64,000 nt of DNA from the human T2T-CHM13v2.0 reference genome, Homo sapiens. Below are positions 37,584-51,415 of this stretch, piece by piece. The DNA is taken from the NCBI RefSeq assembly GCF_009914755.1, contig NC_060931.1; one strand, given 5' to 3'. The notes below the pieces were generated by a model, which was not told where the DNA came from, searched no databases, and was given only the letters and a program-made list of their open reading frames with translations. Both the position numbers and the translations under genes were made by a program. How positions within the stretch are numbered: position 1 is the first letter of the stretch; every line of letters starts with the position of its first letter.

Positions 37584-39309
37584 TGTTATATGAGCTTTCT
37601 TGGATTGTGAGAAGCATTTTAACAGATATTTCATTTTTCTTTTCTTATTAACATACCTTTTAGGCTAAAAAATGACAACACTAAAATACAAAATTACATG
37701 ATTTTTCCCACACAGGTCTGTTGCAGATATTTGTCTAAGTGTTCATTAATTGTGGGAATAGTCATGTATACTATTTTTTAGTATAAATACATATTGCAAC
37801 AACGATTTTTAAAAAGGCCTTGGTTAATCACATGGTTTGCCTATACTGATATCTGGACAAAGGAAAATATAAAATAAGGAAAATGGAGGATTGAATTTAT
37901 CAAGCATGTAGTTCTTACTAGAGTTATCCCTCCTAATTTTCAGACCCATATGTTGATCTAATAGATATCCATTTGGTCCTGCTAAAAAAAAAAAACATAG
38001 GTTTGAATATCCTAAATTATCATCCCTTTCCCTTTTCCCCAGCCTCATATTTATCCTGCATTTCACATACCAGTGAATAACATAATCAACCATAACCAAT
38101 TCCACCCCAATCACTCCTCTCATTTACCGTCCACATGCAGTCTGCCACCAAGTTCTGTCACTTTGTCTCCTAACATTCCTCAAATCTTATTTTCAAACTT
38201 AAAATTTCTGCATTAATTCAGAATTGCATCAAGAATTTGCACAATAGTAACAGTTTCCTAATTGTCCTACCTACCTTTATCCTCCTCATTAAATCTTTGA
38301 GCCATAGTATAGCCAGGGTAGTCTTTATTTTTTTTAAAAAAAGCCAAGTACTATCATTTTAGTTACATAGTTAAAAAACCTATCAATATCATCTTATTGA
38401 CTACAGATACAAAATAAAATTCCTATGCAATAACATATAAATGACTTTCTTCTAGCTCATTTCTACATGCAAAGGTATACCTGTGTTCTAGCCACCATGA
38501 ACAAATCACAAGAATATTTTAGATTCTGATTCTGTCATTCTTCCATTCACCATACATGCATTCTTTCCTGTGCCATAATTCAATAAAGAACAAAAGCAGA
38601 TATGTTCTTTGTTCTCATAGAAATTAGAATGCAGACATTAACTTAAAACTGACACATACAAATAAAAGGCTTTGCTTGGCTGTAAATAAACATTTGATAT
38701 TTGGAAACCAAACTATATTCTTAAGTTGTCATTTTCTTCTTATCTATATCATGAAAGTAATATCTATTTCATAAGATTTTCTCATAGATTAAAGCAATAA
38801 CAGAAGCAGTAAAGAGAAAAATATGAGATTTATGCCAATAGAGATAGAGCTAAAACTAAATCTTGTGACAACATTGACTTTTGGACAATGGAGAGGGAAT
38901 AGTCATAAAGCTAAGGAGGATTGAAATATCAAGTGGATATAATGGGAAAGGACATAACAAGGCACCTCATGGAAAACATAAAGATACATGGGCAGCAAAG
39001 TAAAGTTGGGAAATTATTTTGAGATCTCCCAAAGTGTGATCAGGTCACTGACAGATACAAGGAATTTATGAATATGGGTCAACAAATTGAGCAAAAGAAA
39101 GAATTTTAGAGTCATATCAGTTAAGTTCTGTTATGAGGTCCTCAAAAGAGAGTATAAGAGAGTACAGACTAAAACCCACCAAGGTTTAAGAACAGACCGT
39201 GGTAGATGAATCCACTTATAGATGGAAAGAAGAAGCAAGCTTCAATGAAGAGAGGAATACAGGGATATAAAATTGAGGACTGTTTAGTTCAGACTTAGTT
39301 TAAAAGTTA

Positions 39310-39639
<330 letters not shown>

Positions 39640-40633
39640 TTATCTGCACTCTGTGAGGGATAACTTTTTACTAGAGAAGAGCATATATACAACTTACATT
39701 GCAATTAATGAAAGAGACTAAACAGGATAAGAAAATAGAAGCAGTGAGCATAGCATCCTTTGAGAAGTATTTCAATATAAAAACATTTTAAAAGATATCT
39801 ATATAAGGTGAATTCAAGGGTGTGTTGAAGTCAAATAAATTTTCTTGGGCTAAAGAAGAGAAACATCTGTATTTGCCATGAAGAAAAAGCCAATAGATAA
39901 TTTTGAAGATGACAAAATGAAAAATAATTAGTGGAACAAAAATTTTAAGATATGAAAGGTGATAGAATTTATAGCACAAAGGCTGAAACTAAGCTGAAAT
40001 GAAAATGGAATACTGCTTCTTTAAAACTAGTGAAAATATAAGAATACGTGAATGTTTAGTGAGATTTGGAGATGATCATTTATAATTGTTTTGTTGCATA
40101 TTAGTGATCATCTAGGGTGAGGTTGGGGGGAGATTCAAGATGAAAGTGATGTTGGAAATGTGCGACGAGCTGCCTTTGGAACATTTTAGAAGAAAATGAA
40201 TAAGTAAAATAATTATTGGCCCAGCTAAATTTAAAACGTGATATGTGTCAGCCAGGAGACTGAAAATGATACACTGTTTTATTCTACAACATCTGGGAAT
40301 GAAGGAAAGTAAGAATTTACAGAGGGATCAGGGTTAGATCAGCACTAAGAGCTGAAAAAGCTGTTAAACAGCATTACATTCAAGAAAATCAGTTGGGAGA
40401 AGTGTATCAGGAAAATGGTAAATGGAGAACTCTGAGGGATTATCCAGGGTTGAGGGTTTGAATGTCAATTAAGGTAGAAGATTACGGAGGTGAAATACTC
40501 CTGAATTTTAGGAGGAACACAGCTGAAATGACTGGCCCTGTTTAAAAGGAAGTAGATTAAATCAGACAACTAATTCACTAAATATGGAAAAGTATGAGAG
40601 ATAATAGAATATAAAATTCTGGTTAGAGAGTGA

Positions 40634-40941
<308 letters not shown>

Positions 40942-41186
40942 AGAGAGCGATATTTCTAGATATCTTTAAAAAACAATTTTAAGTAGTAAATTTATTCTAT
41001 TGAAATATACTGAGACAGGAATCAAACCCATGACTTCCCCCTTTTTTATTAGCACTGCATCTTGTAATAAACAGAATGGATATTTTTCATATCTTATGGA
41101 TTCTTAAACTCAGTTTTACCTTTAATCCTACTTTAGGTTCAAATTCTACATTGATATATTTGCACACCAGTATTTGGAGAAAAATT

Positions 41187-41232
41187 ATTGAAAGCAATGG
41201 CAAAAACTGCAATTACTTTTGCACGAACCTAA
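41187..41232. mobile_element. MADE1 half element
   Basis: AATGGCAAAAACTGCAATTACTTTTGCACGAACCTAA followed by TA. Confidence 0.8.
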
Positions 41233-42019
41233 TAAGTAGGGAATGGATTCTGAACTTGGGTCTAATACCTTAAACGGAAGTATATTTTATTTTATATAAA
41301 ACAGATCATGGAATCCTTACACTATGAAATGTGTTTTGCTACCTTTCCTTTCTAACAGTATGGAGAGGTAAATAACTTGTTAACTGCTCATGTTGCTTAT
41401 ATAAATATTTTTAAAGATAAAATATTTGTCTTGAGTCAATAATTCATGCTCGAATGAAAATATGCGAATATAAATATGTTCTGTAATATTACTAGAGAGC
41501 TTGTTAAACTGTAGTTAGCAAGAGTCATTGTCAGCAAGCCAGAATTTTCAACCTCCTTAGCAAATACTATCATTTGGCTAAGTGTGGAATGTTTTACTAA
41601 ATGGTTTGCATCTTTTACGCGAGTGCCTTACGAGCCTGCTTTTAAGATGTGCTGATCAATTGAGATAAATGCATCTAAAACAATCAGTCAAATATACACA
41701 AATTATTTGTCTATGTGCTTTTGCTTGTTGGAAAAGAGGGAAATTATTGGAAACTATTTGATGCTGCCATGGGCCATTCTGATGGATAAATGCAACATTG
41801 TAAATATTTGGCAACTTTTCTGAAAACTGTAAATATCGGGAACTTTCAAGTTGTTGTAGCCCTTTGCATTTTGGAGAAAAATTTAAACTCTCCAAGTAGG
41901 TCTTTTCTGCCTAAAGTTTTCTTTCCACTTCACTGAGAAGCAGTTTTAAACATTCGCATTAAGAATATTCATGCATCCCAAAGATTGGATACCTCTAGAA
42001 ACATAAAATAAATAATTTG

Positions 42020-42225
42020 TTTATTTAAATTGACAGAGAAAATGGTATGTATTTGTTGTGTACAACATGGCATTTTGAAATATATATACATTGTGAAATT
42101 GTTAAATCTAGCTAATTAACATGCATTACCTTGCGTAGTTATTTTTGTGGTGAGAACACTTATCCACTCTCAACAGTTTTCAAGAATGCAATACGATGTC
42201 ATTAACTGTAGCCATTATGCTATAT
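42020..42225 (-). mobile_element. L1MA 3' end
   Basis: TTAAATCTAGCTAATTAACAT...TTTTTGTGGTGAGAACACTT. Confidence 0.75.
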
Positions 42226-45107
42226 AAAAATATTTTGTAATATTTATAAATATGTTTAAAATAAAAAGGTACTATAGTTGGAGGAAGGAAAGAATGGTTT
42301 TAATTTGGATAAATAAGGCAAAACAAAAAGTTGGAAACATTATTGGGAATTTGTTTTACATGTTGTTAAGAAGATTCTTCTTTTTTACCAGTGATCAGAA
42401 GGGGACTTATTGGTTAATCCTAATATATAATTATTCCAAAGAATGTGTTTATCTGATCTTATCCATGGACAGGCATGGACTATGTTGGTGTAATAAAATT
42501 TCAAAATAGTGTTTCTTAGAGTTGATGAACTTGTAATCTAACCAGTAAGTCAGAAACAACTCTAGTTTCCTGGAATCTCTCCCACTCATATCTAGGGATA
42601 ATTAAAAAAAAATAAAGACATTAAAAAGCACACATAGAATAAAAATAATCATTTAAATTTAACCTGAGTCTTGAGTCCTCACTTCTCTTAGTTACATGTA
42701 AAAGAAAGACAAAGGAAGAATAATGATACACATTTATTGACATTTGATTTATTTCATATTTGGGAATCTCTTATGCCAAAGAATAAACCACGTTTGTCTA
42801 GATCTTTACAAGTTACAAAATACTTTGACATCCATTATTTCTCTGAGTTTATGTGGCTAGCCTAAGGTCACTCTGGGAAGTACAAAACGCATTACAGTTG
42901 ATGAAGGTATTAATAAATCAATTTCCACCTCAGGTGATTTAAAAATGCATTCTGTTCTAGTATTAAATTGTATTCTCCTCATTCTGCTGCATGGTTAAAC
43001 CTATTTATCTAATTCTGCTGTGTGAGTTTTATTTTACTAATTATTTTGTGACAAGCCTTTAGATAGCATCAAAAATCATAATTCTCCTACTACATACCTT
43101 CCAGAATATCCATTTGTTGAATAAGTGAAACCATTTGAAAAGTTTGAAAATGTTAAATACAATAAATATATTACCTTCGAAGTAGTTTTTGATCTCTAGA
43201 CTCCATCCCTATTCATGTTTCTAAAAGCCAGATAAGTGGAATAATAGTTTAAAACAGTAAAACTCAGATTACATCATTAAAATAATAATAGTGTGACTCT
43301 TACAATATAGCACAAAGAAAAAATAAAAATAAAGGGTTTTAGAACTAAAAGAAAAGAACATCTATGATGAACTTCCCATGATAATGCTGGAAATCACTAG
43401 CTAAAAGTGAAAAATTGTAGAATAAATGTTAATTATATATATAAATGTGGCAGAGGGTGTTTTGAATATGAAGAAAAAAGAAAGCTAATTTTTTTCCTAT
43501 GCTTTCCATGGGGCTTCAAATCTAAGCAGCCCATGTGATGGAAATTTGCAAAAAAAACAAACGAAACTGATGCAGCAAAATAAACTCAAACTGAAATTTG
43601 ATGTAATAAGCATAAAGAGAGGAGAAAGGAAAAATGGAAACATGATCCATATTGAGTTTACAATTAAATAATAGGTATTATTTTGAATAAAAGTACCATT
43701 GAATGAAACGTTTATAAAACTTTAAAACGTACTTAGATACAAATGAGAATATTTTATCCGTTAGAATTTGTTTTTCTTATTAAAATGTGCTCTTTCTGGA
43801 ATATCTTTGCAAGTAAATTTTTTAAAGCATGTGGCATTATTTTCTTGATTGCAGTTATCAAATGTGCTCAGCAATGTATGAGTCATCTCCAGTGTTTCCT
43901 AAAAGCCTACTTTTTGCTAAAATAAAACACAGATTTGGCATCTGTTCTGTAATTTTACTGAAGGTCTGAAAGGTGTAATAAAAAAAGGCATCTGTCTGCA
44001 AGATGATCCTTTAATTGTAAAGTCGCACTTTGACCGCTCTTCAGATTCAGTGAAATCTTGTGTTCGATAATACCAAATGGTTACATCCGCTTTGCAGTAC
44101 ATGTTAAATGTGGAAAGTTGGTGTTATGAGTTTAAGCTTCTAGAAATTCATTAGATGAAGATCAACATACTGAAAAAAAATCTGTCAAAAGTGTTTTTTA
44201 GATTTCTTATTTTTGTAAATGTAGGTATTGACTCAGGAGCTGATCACTACTAAGGTTAAACTGGTTAGTTCCATGTGACATGTACTCACTGATAAACTTA
44301 AAAGTGTCATTCAGACGACACTGATGAATGAGAACATCGTTTCAATGATGGGAAAAATTAAATAGATTTCATTGGTGAGGAGATTTGAGGGTAGGAGAGT
44401 GGAAAGTTTTGGTTTAGTTCAACTAAGCACTTTTATAATGTCTTAATGAGGTCAAATTGAATATAAAAATTACAGTTTCGAGAATTTGAATTCAATCCAA
44501 ACATGAGAATGAAGTAGAGCTGTTATAAGACTGTTATGAATTTGATAATTGTATCATCATATGTAGAATTCAGATGGACTCCAAAAGGGAAACTTAGCCA
44601 GATGTTTGTAATATAATTGAAATAGGAACAACTTAAGAGAATTTCATTTATTTTGTATAAATAAAATGTGACAAAGGAGTTTAGTGCACATAGTGTTGGA
44701 ACCAAATAAATCCAAGTATTTTACTTACTAATGATGAAATTGTATGTATAAAATTGTAAACACCTTGGGAAAGTAAAACATGTAATAGTCCCACTAATGA
44801 TTCTTTTATACTTCTGGTACAAATATTGCTCTTTCTTCTTGATCTAACCAACACTTAAGTCTAAAAATAATTCATCTGACTTATTTTTCATTTGATAGCA
44901 TTGCATACAATAAGTTGGGTCCCAGTCAATGGCTCTGTGGAGTGGTAAAATTTACTAATTCTGGAACCCTGTATGTATCAGTAGTCCATTGATTTTCAGT
45001 TCCAAATTTAAAAAAAATCTTTCTTTTGTCCATCATTACATTGAACCTTTTTGACCCAATTTTCAGTGATGTGTTTTCATTCATCTATATATACTCTTTT
45101 TGAACAT

Positions 45108-45455
45108 TTTTAATTTATTTTTTTAAATTGACAAATAACATTCCATGCTTGTGTTGTGTCCAACACGATATGTTGAAGTAAAAATACAGTGTAGAATGGT
45201 TAAATCTAGCTAATTAACAAATGTATTACTTCACAGTTATCATTTTTGTGGTAAGTGCACATAACACCTACTCTCTTTACATTTTTCAAGAATACAATAG
45301 ATCATCATTAACTATAGTCACCGTGCTGAACAGTAGATCTCTTGAAATTTATTCTTCCTATTTAACTGTAATTTTGTGTCCTTTGACCAACAACTCCCTT
45401 TCCCCTTGTTCCCCCCAACCACCCTAGCCCCTAGAAACCACCTTTCTACCTTGTT
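45108..45455 (-). mobile_element. L1MA 3' end
   Basis: AATGGTTAAATCTAGCTAATTAACA...AGATCTCTTGAAATTTATTCTTCCTA. Confidence 0.78.
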
Positions 45456-47085
45456 CTTTTCCGTCACAACTGAATCTCTAGTTGACTGGCAGCTCTGATA
45501 TGCTTATCTCAAGAGTCATTGCTTTTGGCATGTTTAATAGTTTTTGTCTTAGTCTAAATTGTGGTATTAGCTCTTTCATTGTTTTGGCTTTCCATTTGTA
45601 TTTTTACAAAATAAGAGAATATGTAAAAAAATAGATAATTGGTATATTGAAAACACACATCTATTGAAATGTTATTTAAACACGGAAATTTTTAATACGT
45701 TTTATCACCATTCTTATGTCATTGATCTTAGTACAAAAGGAATATAAAAATGAATTTGTAAGAATGCTTGTCTTTCCCTTTTACCTTTCATTTGCTTTTC
45801 CTGTGTCCATATTACTTTCACTCTTGCTCAGAAACTAACAGAATTCTATGGTGTGTTAGGAAGCATATATTTCCTGGTGTCATTAGTACTTAACCCACAT
45901 CTTTCAAAGTCACCAACCTCTGGGTAGTTACTGACAAGTGCTGTGGGCCTGTGTGCAGGCACAGAACCTGTGTGTAAGGGGCAAGGATGTTTCCTTTCCT
46001 TTAAGGAGCAAGTGCTGGGAATCCCACAGTTGGCTTCTGAAACACTCTTGCCACTGGGAGCAAATTAGACACAACGAAGGAATACTTAAATAAGTTTAAG
46101 TATTTAATTCATTTAATATTAAGTATTTAAGTGTTTAAATACTTAAAATATGAGGAAATTTGTTATGTGAAATATGCGCGATTCTGAAATAAGATGAAGT
46201 CCTTTTGTGTATAACCAAAATCAGGGAGAAAGTACAACTCATAATTGAATCAGAAGTAAGTGCTTGCTTTGTATTCTTTATATAGGTCATCATTTTTATT
46301 TCAAAAACATATTTCTGTTTCAGTGAAACTGCATGTAAAATGTTTTATGCTTTATAGAAAAACTCTGCATATGGATTATTTTTATTCTTTCAATTAATTG
46401 AACATTTATTGAATTTATAGTCAAGGTAAAACAGTGCTGAGTTTTGAAAGAAGGAAAAAAAAATAAAAGAGACATAAATCCTGACCTGAATGAATATATA
46501 AATGCTCTAAAAGGATTTAGGTAGAGTATTTTTCAAGTGTACAGGCAATATTGCAGGCAGTATTCAGGAGCCTAAGTAATATTGTTAATATAATTTAAAG
46601 TACCTTATCATTGTTCTCTAACTTGACTAATTGATTTTTAACTATACAAGTAAATAACAAACATTAACTTCAACGTCAAACAATTCAACCTATTTCTGTT
46701 TAAACAAAATAATATAACTCTTTATAACTTGTAGCTAAAGGATTTCTTTCAGTATTAAAAAGCTGACATTCAGAAAATGATTAGGGTGCAATAAAATAAT
46801 AAATGTATCTGATTTTTATTTTAATAATAGTAAATCATATTACTGACAGAGAAATTAGCTGATAAATATTTGCCTCCTTGCTTAACAAAAAGGTAATAAA
46901 ATACTAAACAGAAAAATTATTAAATATTGATAGAGTACAAATAAATTTTCCTTAAGTTTCCAAACACATTTTTATAATAAATTTCCCATATGATAATACA
47001 CTCGAAATTAAAGTCTGAGAAAAGTAAATGTATCACAATTGAAAAAAAAGTCAGGTTTTTGAAAGCAAAAGGGAAAAGAAATTAC

Positions 47086-47203
47086 CTAATAGTAGCAGCT
47101 TTACGGTTCTTGCATCTCGCTCAGCATCCTCCTGAAGCTTTTTCTCCAGTTCTTTTGATCTTTTGGCTGACTCCTTGCTCTCTGAACTAATTCCACTTCC
47201 CAT
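47086..47203 (-). CDS. GNAT3: GNAT3 coding exon 1 (G protein alpha gustducin), [39 protein letters not shown](G)
   Basis: The reverse complement reads CCACCACAAG-ATG-G (A at -3, G at +4) and 118 nt ending CTATTAG|GTAAT. The translation is the N-myristoylated N-terminus of gustducin, and 118 nt is the canonical Gi/Gt exon 1 size. Confidence 0.98.
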
Positions 47204-47500
47204 CTTGTGGTGGTAGATACTTGTCAGTTTATATGTTCAGATTTTTCAAATGTTGAGCACAGCTGTGGTTTGGACATAGGAGGCAAGAGTAATGCTCTGC
47301 TGAAGTACCTAGCAGTCCATTCCCTAATGCTCTAAGATTCTGCTTTGACTAAGGAGATGCTTTCTCATCTGTCACCTGGTCAGGTGGTAAAACCATACCC
47401 CCCTGATGGAGGCTAGAGAGGAAGTTCATTATGCTTTCAAATTAAATGACTGCTTCGGGCACATCTTCGAAAACAGGCTTATCTGCTTTATAGTATAAAA
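47204..47500 (-). promoter_or_regulatory. GNAT3: GNAT3 5' UTR and proximal promoter (non-CpG-island); TSS cannot be placed from sequence
   Basis: Unique sequence directly upstream of the ATG. E-boxes at 47260-47265, 47366-47371, 47373-47378 and 47381-47386; TATAAA on the minus strand at about 47487-47492. Confidence 0.55.
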
Positions 47501-49872
47501 TAATGTAGAAAGTTGTCAAAATCTATACACTAGAGATGATCTACAATAAGCAATTCAAATAGAATGTTTCTCACTACTGGGCAATTTTTATTACTGTGAT
47601 TAAAAGTTATTATTACTAATCAGCGATGCTTACATCTTATCTTCAGATATTTGGCCCTTCAATTTCTTTATAATCACTCCTATATCACAATCAGAATATA
47701 TACATGTAAGTTATCCAACTTTTATGGTCTACCTATGCTTAGATTATTACTTAAAGCTATTGAGCATCTATTAGCATCTGTCAGGGAACAAAAAAAATCT
47801 TTTTTTTAACAATGGATACAAATACATATAGTTTTTATATTTGTACATATTGTATTGCTACAAATATAAAATTCAACACAGTTTTCTTAAATTATTGATT
47901 TTAGTGTCATAGGATCCATCTCTATAAATTGAGCTTTTGCCGCCTGTGAGAAAGTCAATCCATCAACACTAATTGAGGGCCCACTTGGTGTAGACACTGA
48001 ACTATGTTCAATTTAGGCAGCGCATTAACTCTTTAGGGCCATTAAGCAACAGCTGCTGTGCTGGAGGGACTCTTACTGATTTGGTACCAAGGGAATAAAA
48101 ACCAATGTTCTTTGAAACAGCAGGTAATTTGGTTTTTCCTACAAACTAAAAACAGTAATTACACCTAAATAAGTTCCATAGCTTTCAACTACCCCAACAG
48201 ATACCGTGTACTTCTTGAAAATCTTCAGGATTGAGGGCAGAGATTATGTTGCACAATTTTTTATTTATATGAAGCATAAAGTGCTTGGTAGATAGTCAAT
48301 CAATATTTTCCTTATGAACAGAGTCGGTTGCCTGTGGCACATCTTTCAGTGTGCATTTTGGGATTTGTGAATGTGCTTAACCAGAAAATGCCAGAATACA
48401 GTCAATCCACCAACCTGTCAGTGGTGCTCTTCTTGTGGGATCATGTGCAAAGTTTGAACAGGTGAGTTTTTACATATTCATGCAACAAGAAAATAGGCTG
48501 CCAGATTAAATACATAGTCCTGCTTTGTTTACTTTTTCCACATCAAAAATATTAGGCTGAAGATACATAAACATAGTCAAAACTTCCTGGGTTCCGTTCT
48601 TCCAAAGCCATATTATGATAGTATAAAGATGTGCAGTGGTGGATAGGCAAGGATTTGTGCAAATCATGTGGTATTGCTTTTACAATGCAAAGGGCCTGTC
48701 CCAAAGGAAGGAGATTTGCACGGCCTAATGCTCACCTGTGAACACAAAGTCCACTCTGAAAGCAACACTTAGCACATTTAATCTCTTTTTGCCTAGTGCT
48801 TTTTTATAGAAATTGAATATAATAGCACCCTGAATAAACAGAATTCTTGCATGTTCTATGGCAGAAACGAACTGACAGGCTACATCATATAATTTGCATA
48901 CAAGCATAAATATACCTCATAGCTTTTTGGCAGAGACGTACCCTGCTTTTAGGAACATACATGTTTTACTAAGGCTTCCTAATGGGATTACTAACTAAAA
49001 CTGACCAACTCTTTCAGGAGTAGGAGTATACATTTTCTGCACTGTATAAAACGATGAACTTCCACTTTTCTGTTGTAACCAGTAATGTTCATCAACTTGA
49101 TGAGATTATCAGGTGATTTTTTCATCAGTGATTAAAATATTCTTGACATAAAACTCTAGGTATGTCTGTGTTACAGAGAGGGAGAGCGGGAGAGCTAGAG
49201 AGGAAAGCAAGACTCATTTCTCAGCCTTCTCCCCTGGGTGCCTCGGACACAGCATCATTAATGAGCTGGGCTTAATACAGCTATTAGTTCATATTGCTTC
49301 ACTTAGTCATATAGCATTCTGTACGTAAAGAAATGAGGAAAATCAAAATAGTAAACTCCGCTAGCGTGGTGATAATATCTTACTAGCTGGAATGGTCTAC
49401 ATGGTATATGGCACAGTACTAGTTATAGTAAATGTTCAAAATTACTTCTTGCTGACAAACTGATAGAGGCTGGAGGCCCTTTCTTTCCTGTGCTTAGTGA
49501 CAGTATACTTAGGATTTCTTTTCTAAAATTTTGGAGTGACTCAAAAAAATCAACAAAAAGCCAAATTTTAGTTTTAAATAGTGTCAGTATATACGATTGT
49601 AGCTATTAGTCCAATAGTCACACATTTGTTTCCTCAGTCTTAAAAGTAATAGCAGCATCCTCCTTTTCAATTGTTAAGCCCTGTTTGTTCTACAGTAAGG
49701 GAAAACTGATAGAAGATGACAACAGAAAAAAAAAAAAGCTAAATTAGATGCCGTGACCGTAAATTTTGTTTGTTCTTGAAAACAAGAAATGTGAAGCTAG
49801 CCAAAACACCAACATCATGTTAGAGTTTTATACATGCATACATACACACACACAGACATACACACATGTATG

Positions 49873-49954
49873 TAAGGTCAGTGCAAAAGTAATTGTGCTT
49901 TTGGTCATTTTAAAAGTAATTACAAAAACCGCAATTACTTTTGCACCAACTTAA
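49873..49954. mobile_element. MADE1 (Hsmar1-derived MITE), complete
   Basis: Inverted termini GTGCAAAAGTAATTG / CAATTACTTTTGCAC; 82 bp. Confidence 0.9.
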
Positions 49955-51415
49955 TGTATGTTCCAGCTAGGAGAGATGGTTGCCCTGTGTACACACACTT
50001 GCACACACAGACACGCACAAAAACGTGAATGCACAAGCCCATGCACACACACAAAAAGCAAGAGATTGTGTTGGAGTGCAGTGGTCTTTTAGAATAATCA
50101 TTGAGAATGACGTTTAAGAATATTGTTTCTTTATTGCATCACAGTAAAATTGATTTGAGGACAAATACAGAGATTGAACCACACTTAACCTCCAATAGTC
50201 ACTGAAATACCACAAGTATGGAGGATGAAAATAAATTTTCTGTTGCTATTTTTGGTTAGGATCTCTGTGGAATCTTCAGAAAGCAACATTAGCCTTTAAA
50301 AAGTGTGAGTAATCACTATTTTACATCGATGATTAAACATATAGCTAGAGGTGACATGCAATTATTTGCTACCTGCTTTTAATAACCAGATTTCAATCTA
50401 TGTTTTTGGAGATGTCTCTTTTGCCAGTATCACCTGCGTTTCTACGGTCATCAAGCTGAATTGCTCGTGGGGATGTTACCTGTGGCTGACTTCAATGACT
50501 TGAGGTTGCTACGTCTTAGGGATGTCTCAATGGCTCAGCTAATGCTGGAAATTGCCAAAACAGGCTGTGATCAGTGTTACTCTTTATTTTGTTTCCAATC
50601 TTATAGGAGGTTTTGATTTCAGGCATTCTATCCCTAGGTGGTTTGAGTTGTGGCTGCCTTAGCAATGACCTTTATCCTTGTATATTCCCATGAAACTTGA
50701 GGCAAACCATCTCTCCTTTGCTAATGGTGCTCAAATGTACACTTCAGGGAGCTCCAAGCCTGGTATTTCTTCCAGAGAGTTCATGCCTTTTGGGGCTTCC
50801 TAAGAGCAATCTTTTGATCTTGAGGGAATAAAGCAAACCTTACTCTTTCAAGTTAGTACATTCAGATGGTGCAACAAGTTTACATTGCCAACATTAAACA
50901 GCTCTTATGTACTAATAGGTAACACAAATATGTATTTTTTTCATTGGAGTTGATTTCTACCTTTCTACATTTTTTTTATGAATTAGGATAGAATTTTATA
51001 TATGATTATTGGGTAAGAGTCACAACTGTTTCCCAGGGTGCCTTTTCCTATCTCAAATTCTGTCTCTTTTAAGATTTTTAAAATATTGCTCTTTAACACA
51101 TTTCTATTACTAACTCCCATAATCATATTTCTCAGCAATTTCAGCCCTGATTGTTGCAACAGCTTCTCACTTAGGTTTCCTTACTCTAGGCTCCACTCTA
51201 TCCCAGTCCAATCGGTCTGATTGTGCCAGGCTAAATTCCCTCAAAGGCAAGTTTAATTATTACTCCTTTCTGGCTGGAAAAAACAAATGATTCTATATTT
51301 ACTACTTCCTCCTGTGTTACTCCTGTAACATATGTTATTACTGAGTACATGAGCATACCATGTACTCAATAATATAGTTAGCACTATCTAACTATCCAAA
51401 TATATTTCCCAATCA

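Noticed and set aside
42020-45455. Two similar segments (42020-42225 and 45108-45455) suggesting a local duplication
   Set aside because: Both are L1MA 3' ends with unrelated flanks and substantial divergence; independent insertions suffice.
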